The notes beneath the pieces were generated by a model, which searched no databases, was not told the DNA's origin, and saw nothing but the letters and a program-made list of their open reading frames with translations. A program made the position numbers and the translations under genes. This document shows, one piece after another, positions 1 through 9,359 of a DNA stretch of 64,000 nucleotides; the first letter of the stretch is position 1; each line of letters starts with the position of its first letter. The stretch is taken from the IMG/VR virus record IMGVR_UViG_3300020419_000859; one strand, given 5' to 3'. This DNA comes from a virus.

Positions 1-255
1 GTTGTTGGTTACAAAGGTACTTCACCTTATGACGCTGGTATGTTCTATTGTCCATATGTTCCACTACAAATGGTGAGAGCAGTTGGTCAAGATACTTTCC
101 AACCAAAAATTGGTTTCAAAACTAGATACGGTTTAGTTGCGAACCCATTTGCTGAAACTGGTGCTGTATCAGGTGCTGTTTCTGGTGTGACTGATTCAGG
201 TACGCCAAATTCAAACAGATACTACCAAAAAGTTAAAGTATCAAACATCATGTAA
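1..255 (+). CDS. gp23: Major capsid protein gp23, C-terminal part (5' truncated by the window)
   Basis: Open frame from base 1: VVGYKGTSPYDAGMFYCPYVPLQMVRAVGQDTFQPKIGFKTRYG, the conserved T4-like gp23 C-terminus. Confidence 0.97.
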   Translation, partial: VVGYKGTSPYDAGMFYCPYVPLQMVRAVGQDTFQPKIGFKTRYGLVANPFAETGAVSGAVSGVTDSGTPNSNRYYQKVKVSNIM

Positions 256-277
256 TACGTTGTTTAAACGTTTATTT

Positions 278-308
278 AAAAAAGGGGGCTTCGGTCCCCT
301 TTTTTTTT
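278..308 (+). terminator. Rho-independent terminator after gp23
   Basis: GGGGGC-TTCG-GTCCCC hairpin (C-UUCG-G loop), T-tract downstream and A-tract upstream. Confidence 0.92.
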
Positions 309-327
309 GGTTGACTAAATAGTGGTT

Positions 328-1065
328 ATGGAAAAGAAGATTATATTAGGTGGTCATAAAATTATCAAAGGCATGGAAGTAGGCCAAGAAACATGGGATA
401 ATTTACCTAATAGAAATAGAAAGTTTATATCAAACAAAGTTAATTTAGATTTATCACATAGATGTCCGTTAGAGTGTTTGCGTTGTGCTAGACAAACATA
501 TGAAAGTGATGGTAAAGGTGGTCTAAAAAAGAAACCAATACCAGGTAGAGATATAACAATAGATGAGTTTGAAAAAATTACAGATTATTTTGCTAGAATA
601 CAATTTTGTGGACAATATTCAGATCCAATACATCACCCACATTTTATAGATTTTTTAAGAATAATAAAAAGAAAAGATTTAATAAGTCAAGTACATACTG
701 CCTCTAGTTTTAAATCAGACAAATGGTTTAAAGAAGCATTTGAAGCCAATCCTGATTCACAATGGTGGTTTGGTATAGACGGATTACCTAAAGATAGTCA
801 CAAGTATAGAGTACATCAAAACGGTGAACTACATTTTAAAAGATTAAAAATGGCTAGACAGATATTAAATAAAAAACCCATATGGCAGTATATTGTGTTT
901 AATTATAATGAACAAGACCTAGAAACAGCCATGAAAATGGCTGAAGAAATAGACGTTATATTTAACGTGATAAATAGTGGTAGGTGGGAAAATAAAAAGC
1001 CTGATAAATTGGCTCCTAAAAAGAAAAAAGGAATTGAAGTAAATGAGTTTGAAGAACAAAATTAA
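328..1065 (+). CDS. Radical SAM protein (core domain only)
   Basis: CxxxCxxC motif HRCPLECLRC; FCGQYSDP (GGEP-like); FGIDGL and WQYIVFNYNE motifs. Confidence 0.85.
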   Translation: MEKKIILGGHKIIKGMEVGQETWDNLPNRNRKFISNKVNLDLSHRCPLECLRCARQTYESDGKGGLKKKPIPGRDITIDEFEKITDYFARIQFCGQYSDPIHHPHFIDFLRIIKRKDLISQVHTASSFKSDKWFKEAFEANPDSQWWFGIDGLPKDSHKYRVHQNGELHFKRLKMARQILNKKPIWQYIVFNYNEQDLETAMKMAEEIDVIFNVINSGRWENKKPDKLAPKKKKGIEVNEFEEQN

Positions 1066-1483
1066 ATTTAATTTTCCACATGTAAGTGAATATACGGAAA
1101 GAGGAGACATAGAAAAAAACTTAACAGACGAAGAAAGAAAGAATATCAAATCCGATGTTAAGATAGAAGCTATGTGTTTTGAAGGAGATATGAACTTGGC
1201 TGTCACTAACAGAGGCCAGGTATTACCTTGTTGTCATTGTGATACTGAAAGAATGATGACAGATCCAGAGTTTAAAAGATTGGCAGAGAATAGTCATTTA
1301 AAAGATAATGATCACGTAAATGACATATTAAGTAATGATTATTGGGAAGCCTTTTATGAGTCTTTAGAAAATAACAGAGGTCCTTTTGCTTGTTGGGATA
1401 CTTGTAGAAGTAATAAGAAACAAGGTAAACAAGAAATGACAGTGGCCGAAGGCGGTAAATTAAAGATATGGGAAAGAAAATAA
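1043..1483 (+). CDS. Stand-alone SPASM/twitch Fe-S domain protein
   Basis: C...LAVTNRGQVLPCCHCD...ACWDTC pattern; overlaps the radical SAM gene. Confidence 0.7.
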   Translation: MSLKNKIKFNFPHVSEYTERGDIEKNLTDEERKNIKSDVKIEAMCFEGDMNLAVTNRGQVLPCCHCDTERMMTDPEFKRLAENSHLKDNDHVNDILSNDYWEAFYESLENNRGPFACWDTCRSNKKQGKQEMTVAEGGKLKIWERK

Positions 1484-1500
1484 CCTAAATAGATGTATCA

Positions 1501-1752
1501 ATGAAGAACTTATTAAGAACAATATTAGCCATGTTAGTAGTAATAATCTGTATTAAGGTTGTTGCTTTATTTTTGTTTATATGTTATATTGGTATATTTG
1601 ATCCACAAGAGCCTAATCCTCTTGAAAACATTGAACAAAAATTAAATGAGGCAGAAACTAAATCAATGGTTTTGACAGAAAATGAAAAAGAATTAGAGAA
1701 AGTGGCTACTGAAAAAGAGTGGGAAGAAGTAGATAAGGACGCTAATAAATAG
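1501..1752 (+). CDS. Hypothetical membrane protein
   Basis: N-terminal hydrophobic helix and acidic tail; CCTAAATA late-like promoter upstream. Confidence 0.6.
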   Translation: MKNLLRTILAMLVVIICIKVVALFLFICYIGIFDPQEPNPLENIEQKLNEAETKSMVLTENEKELEKVATEKEWEEVDKDANK

Positions 1753-1756
1753 TAAT

Positions 1757-2374
1757 ATGACAACTTTAAAATCTAGACAACCAACAAAGTTAGACTATGC
1801 AAGTCCAACGCAGTTTAAATTTAACATATTAAAACTACCAAAAACAGAATACTTTTGTACGGCAGTTAATATACCAGGAATATCATTAGCAGGAACACCT
1901 GTACAACAAACAATGTTGAAAGATATACCTTTGCCAGGAGATAAATTAAATTATGAAAGTTTAACTATGACCTTTTTAGTAGATGAAAATTTAGAAAACT
2001 ATCAAGAAATACATGGTTGGTTAAGAGGTATAGGCTTTCCTGAAGATCATAAAGAATTTCAAAATACATTAACTAGTGGTAATGATAGATTTCCAGGTAG
2101 TACAAGCAATGTATTAGGTGACGCAGGTAGAACTAAATACGCACCACCAAAAACAGGTGGTTTATATTCAGACGCTACGCTATCAGTGTTATCAAATAAA
2201 AATAATTCGGTTGTAGAAGTTAGATTTAGTGATGTATATCCTACATCATTATCAGGATTATTATACAATCAACAAGCGACAGACGTTGACTATTTAACAG
2301 CGTCGGTTTCTTTTGAATATAAAATATATGATTTTGCTTTAACAGGCAAACAAAAAACGGTTACAACATCTTAA
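1757..2374 (+). CDS. gp3: Tail tube terminator/completion protein gp3
   Basis: PGDKLNYESLTMTFLVDENLENYQEIHGW and FSDVYPTSLSGL motifs; gp3-uvsY-uvsW synteny. Confidence 0.88.
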   Translation: MTTLKSRQPTKLDYASPTQFKFNILKLPKTEYFCTAVNIPGISLAGTPVQQTMLKDIPLPGDKLNYESLTMTFLVDENLENYQEIHGWLRGIGFPEDHKEFQNTLTSGNDRFPGSTSNVLGDAGRTKYAPPKTGGLYSDATLSVLSNKNNSVVEVRFSDVYPTSLSGLLYNQQATDVDYLTASVSFEYKIYDFALTGKQKTVTTS

Positions 2375-2414
2375 TAAATAAGGTTGAGTAATATTATGAA
2401 CAAGTGGAGATATA

Positions 2415-2843
2415 ATGGATTTAGAACAATTACAAGAACTAGCAGATAAAGATTTAAAAATTAACGATATTGAATTAGATTTAGAATCTTTAAAAACACC
2501 TCAATTACATAACAAGTACGTAAAATTTTTAACAAAATTTAAATTGTTATTAACACGTGCTGAAGATGAATATAGAACAATCAAAAGAGAAAAGTGGGAA
2601 TATTATACAGGCAAATCTGATCCAGCTGTGTATACATTAAAACCATTTAACTTAAAAATACTAAAGGCTGATGTACCACAATATATTGAAGCTGATCCAG
2701 ACGTACAAAAATTAAATCAAAAAGTTAAATATCTAGAAACAGTTGTTGACTTTTTAGATAGAACAATAAGACAAATTTCTAATAGAACATTTACGATTAA
2801 AAACGCAATAGACTGGAAGAGATTTACTAGTGGTGCTGTATAA
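2415..2843 (+). CDS. uvsY: Recombination mediator UvsY
   Basis: ESLKTPQLHNKY...KWEYYTGK...IKNAIDWKRFTSG. Confidence 0.92.
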   Translation: MDLEQLQELADKDLKINDIELDLESLKTPQLHNKYVKFLTKFKLLLTRAEDEYRTIKREKWEYYTGKSDPAVYTLKPFNLKILKADVPQYIEADPDVQKLNQKVKYLETVVDFLDRTIRQISNRTFTIKNAIDWKRFTSGAV

Positions 2844-3403
2844 TGTTTTTAAAAAATAACAATTGTGTATCTATTGCTAAATTTTCTCCACAATATTGCA
2901 ATGAGATAATACAAAAGTCAGATAGTTTACCTATACAAGAGGCCAACATTCAAGATGGTAACCAAGATAATAGAAGCTCTAACGTGGCATGGGTAAAAGA
3001 AAATCAACAGTTATACAAAGATTTAGAAAAGATAGTATTAGAACATAATAAATCTGCCGGTTGGAATTATGATTTAAAAGAATTTGAGCCTTTTCAATAT
3101 ACAATATACAATGAAAATGACCACTATGATTGGCACATAGATTCACATACTGATCCATATCCTAATGGTTTTATCAGAAAGTTAAGTTTTACTTTATGTT
3201 TAAACGAAGATTATGAAGGAGGCGAATTTGAAATTGCAAATCCAAATCCTAAAGGTATTAATCAAAACGTAAAGTTTACAGATAAATTTACAACAGGTAC
3301 AATTATAACTTTTCCGTCATTTATGTGGCATAAAGTACACCCTATAACAAAAGGTACCAGAAAAGTATTAGTAGGTTGGATTGTCGGTCCTTCGTTTGTG
3401 TAA
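2843..3403 (+). CDS. 2OG-Fe(II) oxygenase (PKHD-type hydroxylase-like)
   Basis: YDWHID (HxD), RKLSFT, YEGGEF, FPSFMWHKV, RKVLVGW. Confidence 0.9.
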   Translation: MFLKNNNCVSIAKFSPQYCNEIIQKSDSLPIQEANIQDGNQDNRSSNVAWVKENQQLYKDLEKIVLEHNKSAGWNYDLKEFEPFQYTIYNENDHYDWHIDSHTDPYPNGFIRKLSFTLCLNEDYEGGEFEIANPNPKGINQNVKFTDKFTTGTIITFPSFMWHKVHPITKGTRKVLVGWIVGPSFV

Positions 3404-4875
3404 TGCCAGATATCAGATACATTATAGTAGATAGAAAAAACGATGTTTACCTCAAGGTGGAGGCAGACGCCTCTATACGTAGAGAGTTATCAGAGTATTT
3501 TTGTTTTGAGGTACCTGGTTATAAGTTTGTTCCTGCTTACAGAAACAGAGTGTGGGATGGAAAAATAAGATTATTCTCTTATGCAACTGGTGAAATTTAT
3601 GCCGGTTTATATCCTTATATACTTAAATGGTGTGAAGATAATAAAATACAAGTAGTAGACGGCACTAAAATTACAGATACAAAGGTTGATGTAAAAAAAG
3701 TAGACGCATTTACAAAGGCTCTTAAAATACCTATGGAAATAAGAGACTATCAAAGAGAGGCATTTATATATGCAACAACAAAAAATAGATGTATGTTGTT
3801 GTCTCCAACGGCCTCTGGTAAATCATTAATAGTATATTTACTAGTACGTTTTAATATATTAAGATTAAAAGAACAAAACAAGAAAATCTTAATTATAGTA
3901 CCGACCACATCATTAGTAGAACAATTAACAAAAGACTTTGGCGACTATGGTTGGAATATGAATAATGTACATAAGATATATCAAGGTCACGAAAAAGAAA
4001 CAAATAAAGCCGTTATTATATCTACATGGCAATCTATATACAATCAACCAAAAAAATGGTTTAAACAGTTTGGTATGGTTATAGGTGACGAGGCACACTT
4101 ATTTAAAGCAGTTTCATTGACAAAAATAATGACTAAACTAGAACAATGTAAATATAGAGTAGGCCTTACAGGTACTTTAGATGGTACAAAAACACACAAA
4201 CTAGTGTTAGAAGGATTGTTTGGCGTAGTAAATAAAGTTGTATCTACAAGTGAATTGCAAGAGAAAAAACAATTAGCAGAATTAAAAATTATATGTTTAG
4301 TATTACAATATGACAAAGATATTAGACACATGATAAAAGATAAGAATTATCAAGAAGAAATGGATTACCTAGTAAGAAGTGAAAAACGAAACAAATACAT
4401 AAGAAACTTGGCCTCTAGCTTACAAGGTAATACTCTATGTTTATTTCAATACGTAGAGAAACATGGTAATGAGTTATACGAAATGATAAAAGAAAAGGCT
4501 GAAGATAAAAATGTTTTTTATGTACATGGAGGAGTTGAAACAGATGATAGAGAAAATATTAGAGAAATTACGGAGAAAAGTGACAACGCCATTATTGTTG
4601 CTTCTTACGGCACTTTTTCAACCGGAATTAATATACGGAATTTGCATAACATTATTTTTGCTAGTCCTTCTAAATCTCGCATAAGAAATTTACAAAGTAT
4701 TGGCCGAGGTTTAAGATTAAAAGATAATAAATCGGCTGCGACTTTGTACGACATAGCAGACGATATGAGTTATAAAGACAAAGAAAATTATACACTTGCA
4801 CACTTTCGTGAAAGAATAAATATTTACAACAGTGAAGATTTTAATTATGAAATACACAACATAGAACTAAAATGA
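3403..4875 (+). CDS. uvsW: UvsW DNA helicase
   Basis: SPTASGKS Walker A, DEAH, GLTGT, QSIGRGLR; ATG at 3403 coupled to the upstream stop. Confidence 0.96.
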   Translation: MPDIRYIIVDRKNDVYLKVEADASIRRELSEYFCFEVPGYKFVPAYRNRVWDGKIRLFSYATGEIYAGLYPYILKWCEDNKIQVVDGTKITDTKVDVKKVDAFTKALKIPMEIRDYQREAFIYATTKNRCMLLSPTASGKSLIVYLLVRFNILRLKEQNKKILIIVPTTSLVEQLTKDFGDYGWNMNNVHKIYQGHEKETNKAVIISTWQSIYNQPKKWFKQFGMVIGDEAHLFKAVSLTKIMTKLEQCKYRVGLTGTLDGTKTHKLVLEGLFGVVNKVVSTSELQEKKQLAELKIICLVLQYDKDIRHMIKDKNYQEEMDYLVRSEKRNKYIRNLASSLQGNTLCLFQYVEKHGNELYEMIKEKAEDKNVFYVHGGVETDDRENIREITEKSDNAIIVASYGTFSTGINIRNLHNIIFASPSKSRIRNLQSIGRGLRLKDNKSAATLYDIADDMSYKDKENYTLAHFRERINIYNSEDFNYEIHNIELK

Positions 4876-5345
4876 TTTCAGATCAAGATTTTAGATTTTT
4901 GTTAGAAGAAAGTCGGTACGCCAAAAAGATATTAGAGATAGGTACTGGCACAGGTAAAAGTACAACTGCTTTAGTGGCAAACAGAGCAGAGGTATATACT
5001 ATTGACAGAAATAATATTTTTGAATATGTTGGCATTGAAGATAACATAAACAGATTTTTTTGTGAAAGCTCTGATTATTGGAAAGAGTATGGTCATTATG
5101 ATTTTGATTTTGTATTCGTTGATGGTTCACTTGGCACTTATGATTGTGAAGAAATATTAAAAAGAACTACTGATACTTTTAAAATTATTTTCCATGATTA
5201 TATACCAGGAGAGAAACATAGAAATACTAACAAGGGTGGTTACAATTTAAATTATTTAAAAAAAGTAGCAATAGAAAACTACGACATATCAACAAGAACA
5301 GGAGGCACTCATTGTGTCTTGGCAGAGTTAAATAAGGATAAATAA
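4872..5345 (+). CDS. Class I SAM-dependent methyltransferase (small, Methyltransf_24-like)
   Basis: ILEIGTGTGKST motif I, DFVFVDG, IIFHDY. Confidence 0.75.
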   Translation: MISDQDFRFLLEESRYAKKILEIGTGTGKSTTALVANRAEVYTIDRNNIFEYVGIEDNINRFFCESSDYWKEYGHYDFDFVFVDGSLGTYDCEEILKRTTDTFKIIFHDYIPGEKHRNTNKGGYNLNYLKKVAIENYDISTRTGGTHCVLAELNKDK

Positions 5346-5349
5346 TAAT

Positions 5350-5796
5350 ATGCACCAGAAACAAGATAATAATATTAAGATTATTAAGTTGGTAAACGGA
5401 GATGATATTGTCGCTGTTGTTGAATTTACTAAAAGACAATTAGATCCAAAAAATAAAACAATCAATATAGAACGGCCTTTACAAATTAAATACGTACCAC
5501 AAATTACGGCGGCTGGATTTAAAGACTATATTGCTTTGATTCGTTGGACTGCCTATACAGACGATGAACAAATAACTATCCCGAAAGATAAGATAATGAC
5601 TATTACAACGGCCAATGACGCCATGAGTAAAAGTTATCAAGGTGTGGTTGACACATATGAAGATATACCTTTGGCAAAAGACAAGGTAAAACATGCCAAA
5701 GTACAACTGTCAACAAATGCGAATAAAAAGATTAACGAGATTTTTGATGATAATATGAATTTTTACGATGACGATGATGAAGGAACTTTACATTAG
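5350..5796 (+). CDS. Conserved T4-like hypothetical protein (Sm-like fold suspected)
   Basis: IKLVNGDDIVA N-terminus, acidic tail ending TLH; usual uvsW-gp55 position. Confidence 0.65.
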   Translation: MHQKQDNNIKIIKLVNGDDIVAVVEFTKRQLDPKNKTINIERPLQIKYVPQITAAGFKDYIALIRWTAYTDDEQITIPKDKIMTITTANDAMSKSYQGVVDTYEDIPLAKDKVKHAKVQLSTNANKKINEIFDDNMNFYDDDDEGTLH

Positions 5797-5842
5797 GAAT
5801 ATACTAGGCTGGAGTATCCTCAATCAACCGGCTACACCGTTC

Positions 5843-5870
5843 ATTATACATAAAATCACCAAAATGTCAA
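5843..5870 (-). promoter_or_regulatory. Antisense sigma70-type promoter
   Basis: Minus strand reads TTGACA-N16-TATAAT, both hexamers perfect. Confidence 0.6.
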
Positions 5871-5875
5871 TGCTG

Positions 5876-5902
5876 ATTTCGGCAAAAACCGAAATTTTTT
5901 TT
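5876..5902 (+). terminator. Rho-independent terminator ending the gp3-uvsW operon
   Basis: ATTTCGG-CAAAAA-CCGAAAT followed by a T-tract. Confidence 0.65.
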
Positions 5903-5904
5903 AG

Positions 5905-5979
5905 GCGGGCTTAGCTCAGTGGTAGAGCGACTCGTTGCCAACGAGTAGGTCGTGGGTTCGAATCTCATAGCCCGCTCCA
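5905..5979 (+). tRNA. tRNA-Gly(GCC)
   Basis: Canonical cloverleaf: GCGGGCT/AGCCCGC acceptor, ACTCG-TTGCCAA-CGAGT anticodon arm, GTTCGAAT T-loop, U73, encoded CCA. Confidence 0.96.
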
Positions 5980-5992
5980 TCTAGGGAAAACA

Positions 5993-6021
5993 TTGACAAA
6001 AATAACAAAATGTAGTATATT
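5993..6021 (+). promoter_or_regulatory. Sigma70-type early promoter for gp55 (probably leaderless mRNA)
   Basis: TTGACA-N17-TATATT, ATG 6 nt downstream, no SD. Confidence 0.65.
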
Positions 6022-6027
6022 TAAATT

Positions 6028-6612
6028 ATGACAACAAAAACAAAAAAAGAACATTATGTAAATAACAAAGAGTTTTTGGAGGCGATGATACAGTATAGAA
6101 AGTCTGTACGTAAAGCAAAGAGAGAAAAACGACCTAAACCACCAGTAGGAAACTATCTTGGTTCTTGTTTTTTAAAGATTGCCAATCACCTTTCATATAG
6201 ACCTAATTTTATTAATTACACCTTTAAAGATGACATGATTTCAGATGGTATAGAAAACTGTCTACAATACCTTGACAACTTTGATGGTAAAAAATCAAAT
6301 AATCCGTTTGCTTACTTTACTCAAATAATCTACTATGCATTTATACGTAGAATACAAAAAGAGAAAAAGCAAGTGACAATTAAACACAAACTTATTAGTA
6401 AATCAAATTTAGATGATTTTGCTCTACAACCTGGAGAAGACAGAGAGTTTAAAAATCAAATGACAGAGTATTTACAAAAAAACTTACCTTTGGAAGCACA
6501 AGAAAAAATTGCTGAAGAAATAAAACAAAGTAAAAAGAAAAGGAAGAAAAGAAGAAGTAAGAATAGTTTAGATTATTTTTTTGAAGATTATGAAGATAGC
6601 GCTACTAAATGA
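6028..6612 (+). CDS. gp55: Late transcription sigma factor gp55
   Basis: HYVNNKEF...KIANHLSYRPNFINYTFKDDMISDGIENC...NPFAYFTQIIYYAFIRRIQKEKKQ. Confidence 0.97.
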   Translation: MTTKTKKEHYVNNKEFLEAMIQYRKSVRKAKREKRPKPPVGNYLGSCFLKIANHLSYRPNFINYTFKDDMISDGIENCLQYLDNFDGKKSNNPFAYFTQIIYYAFIRRIQKEKKQVTIKHKLISKSNLDDFALQPGEDREFKNQMTEYLQKNLPLEAQEKIAEEIKQSKKKRKKRRSKNSLDYFFEDYEDSATK

Positions 6613-7636
6613 TACACACTTTGGTTGCCGTAATGATTCTCCACATTTTATAAACTATCAGAATAAGTTTTACGAGGAGTTATTCTTTCCTTACCTTATT
6701 CAAAACGATATAAAATGTTTAGTACATTTAGGCGATGTAGTTGATAGACGTAAGTTTATTAACCATAACACAGCACACAACTTTAAAATAAAGTTTTGGG
6801 ATAGACTAAAAGAACTAGGTATAGATACACATGTTATACTAGGTAACCACGATACATATTATAAAAACACAAACGAAGTTAACGCTTTACAAAACCTTAA
6901 TATAGGTGATGATGTTAAAGTATATACAAAAGCTACCGAAGTAAATATTGGTGGTTTAGATATACTATTAATACCTTGGATATGTGAAGACAATATGGAA
7001 GATACTCTATATCAAATAGATAATTCTACATCACAAATTGCAATGGGACATTTAGAAATAAAAGGTTTTGAAATGCATAGAGGAGTTATAAACGAACACG
7101 GTTTAGATAGAGAACAATTTAAAAGATTTGAAAAAGTAATGTCTGGTCATTTTCATAAAAAATCAGATGACGGACTTATCTATTATCTAGGTACACAATA
7201 TCAAATTATGTGGTCAGATTACAATTGTCCTAAAGGGTTTCATATATTTGATACAGATACAAGAGAACTAGAACGAATAGAGAACCCTATGCCTATATTT
7301 AAAAAACTTGTATATGATGATACGAAAGAAAATTATAATAATTTAGATTTATCATCTTACGAAAATTGTTTTGTTAAATTATTTGTAAATAAAAAAACAA
7401 ACTCTGAAATGTATGGCAATCTAGTAGAAAGATTTTATAACAATACAAATATACATGAACTAATAATAAACGAAGATACACAAGATATAACACAAACAGT
7501 TAGAGTAGATACTATAGATCAAGGAGAAGATACACTAACATTTTTAGGTAACTATATTGATCAAGTAGATACAGAATTAGATAAACATAAACTAAAAGAA
7601 TTTGCAAAAGAACTATATACGGAGGCCAGTGAGTGA
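6590..7636 (+). CDS. gp47: Recombination endonuclease gp47 (Mre11/SbcD-like)
   Basis: DTHFG, GDVVD, GNHD and SGHFH phosphoesterase motifs. Confidence 0.95.
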   Translation: MKIALLNDTHFGCRNDSPHFINYQNKFYEELFFPYLIQNDIKCLVHLGDVVDRRKFINHNTAHNFKIKFWDRLKELGIDTHVILGNHDTYYKNTNEVNALQNLNIGDDVKVYTKATEVNIGGLDILLIPWICEDNMEDTLYQIDNSTSQIAMGHLEIKGFEMHRGVINEHGLDREQFKRFEKVMSGHFHKKSDDGLIYYLGTQYQIMWSDYNCPKGFHIFDTDTRELERIENPMPIFKKLVYDDTKENYNNLDLSSYENCFVKLFVNKKTNSEMYGNLVERFYNNTNIHELIINEDTQDITQTVRVDTIDQGEDTLTFLGNYIDQVDTELDKHKLKEFAKELYTEASE

Positions 7637-9348
7637 TAGTATTTAAAAAAATATCATATAAGAATTTTTTATCTACAGGCAATGTACCTATAGAAGTTGA
7701 ACTTAATAAGTCACACACTACACTTATTGTAGGATCAAATGGTTCTGGTAAATCAACTTTATTAGACGCATTATGTTTTGTTTTATTTAACAAACCATTT
7801 AGAATAATTAAAAAAGATCAAATAGTAAACTCAATAAACAATGCTGATTGTGTTGTAGAAATAGAATTTACTGTAGGTACAAAAGAATATAAAATTATAA
7901 GAGGCATAAAACCAAACATATTTGAAATCTATTGTGATGGTGTTCTTATGAATCAAGACGCTAATAGTATAGACTATCAAAAATATCTAGAACAAAATAT
8001 AATGAGACTTAACTATAGGTCTTTTTTACAAGTAGTATTACTTGGTTCTTCCTCATATGAACCTTTTATGAAAATGAAGCCACGATACAGACGAGAAGTG
8101 GTAGAAGAAATCCTAGACATAAGGGTATTTGGTCTTATGGATTTGATATTAAGAAGTCAACAATCAGATTTAGCAAAAAAAGTAATAGAAATGAAACACC
8201 GTGCTGATCTTATACAAACCAAGTACGAGACAGAGTTAAACCACTTCAACGCAATCTCCGACCTTAATATGAACGACCTAGATGGTAAAAAACAACTAGT
8301 TAAGAAAAATCAAGAAGATAGTAAAGTGTATGGTAATAGGATAGAAGAACTTAATCAACAAATAGGTGTATATAAACAAAATATAGAAAACAAAGATAAG
8401 ACACAAAAGAAAGTATCTCAATTAACTAAAATAGAAGCTAAGATAGAAACTAATTTAAATACTCACCAGAAAACATTAGAGTTTTTTGAAAATAATGATA
8501 ACTGCCCTACTTGTACTCAACCTATAGATCAAGATTTTAAAACACAAAAGATAGAGGCAACCAAACAAAAAGTAAAAACTTTATCAGATGGAATGAAAGA
8601 ATTGTTAAGTGAGATAGCCAATACAGAAACTAGACTAACAGAAATGGATAAAGTATCTCAAAAGATACATGAACTGAATATAGACATATCTAAATTTGAA
8701 ACTTCTTTAGATGAAATAAACAAATTCAGCAATAGAATACACGAAGAAATAAGATTACTAGAAAACAAACAAGTAGATGGTAAAGAAATACAAATACAAT
8801 TAGATGAACTGAATAACAAATTAGAAGAAACAAAAGTTGAAAGAGACAGAATAGTAGAACAAAAAGATTACGTGGATATATTAAGAGAGATATTAAATGA
8901 CAAAGGCGCCAAGGCACAGATTATACGTAAGTATGTACCAATAATGAATAATTTAATTAATCAACATTTACAAGCCATGGATTTCTTTGTATCGTTTCAT
9001 CTAGATGAGGAGTTTAATGAGACAGTAAAAAGTAGATTTAGAGATACTTTTAATTATAATAACTTTAGCGAGGGTGAAAAGATGAGAATAGACCTTGCAT
9101 TGTTATTTACATGGCGACATATCGCAAAAATGAAAAATAGTACAAACACCAATCTATTAATACTAGATGAAATATTTGATGGTAGTTTAGATGGCCAAGG
9201 TACAGATGATTTCTTTAAAATCATAACACAACTAACAAAAGAAAATATCTTTATCATATCACATAAAGGCGATATAATGTTTGATAAATTTACTAATATA
9301 ATCAAGTATGAAAAGTACAAAAATTTCACTAGATTACAAGCAACATAA
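7633..9348 (+). CDS. gp46: Recombination ATPase gp46 (Rad50/SbcC-like)
   Basis: GSNGSGKS, CPTC zinc hook, FSEGEK signature, LILDE. Confidence 0.96.
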   Translation: MIVFKKISYKNFLSTGNVPIEVELNKSHTTLIVGSNGSGKSTLLDALCFVLFNKPFRIIKKDQIVNSINNADCVVEIEFTVGTKEYKIIRGIKPNIFEIYCDGVLMNQDANSIDYQKYLEQNIMRLNYRSFLQVVLLGSSSYEPFMKMKPRYRREVVEEILDIRVFGLMDLILRSQQSDLAKKVIEMKHRADLIQTKYETELNHFNAISDLNMNDLDGKKQLVKKNQEDSKVYGNRIEELNQQIGVYKQNIENKDKTQKKVSQLTKIEAKIETNLNTHQKTLEFFENNDNCPTCTQPIDQDFKTQKIEATKQKVKTLSDGMKELLSEIANTETRLTEMDKVSQKIHELNIDISKFETSLDEINKFSNRIHEEIRLLENKQVDGKEIQIQLDELNNKLEETKVERDRIVEQKDYVDILREILNDKGAKAQIIRKYVPIMNNLINQHLQAMDFFVSFHLDEEFNETVKSRFRDTFNYNNFSEGEKMRIDLALLFTWRHIAKMKNSTNTNLLILDEIFDGSLDGQGTDDFFKIITQLTKENIFIISHKGDIMFDKFTNIIKYEKYKNFTRLQAT

Positions 9349-9359
9349 ATAGGAGTATT

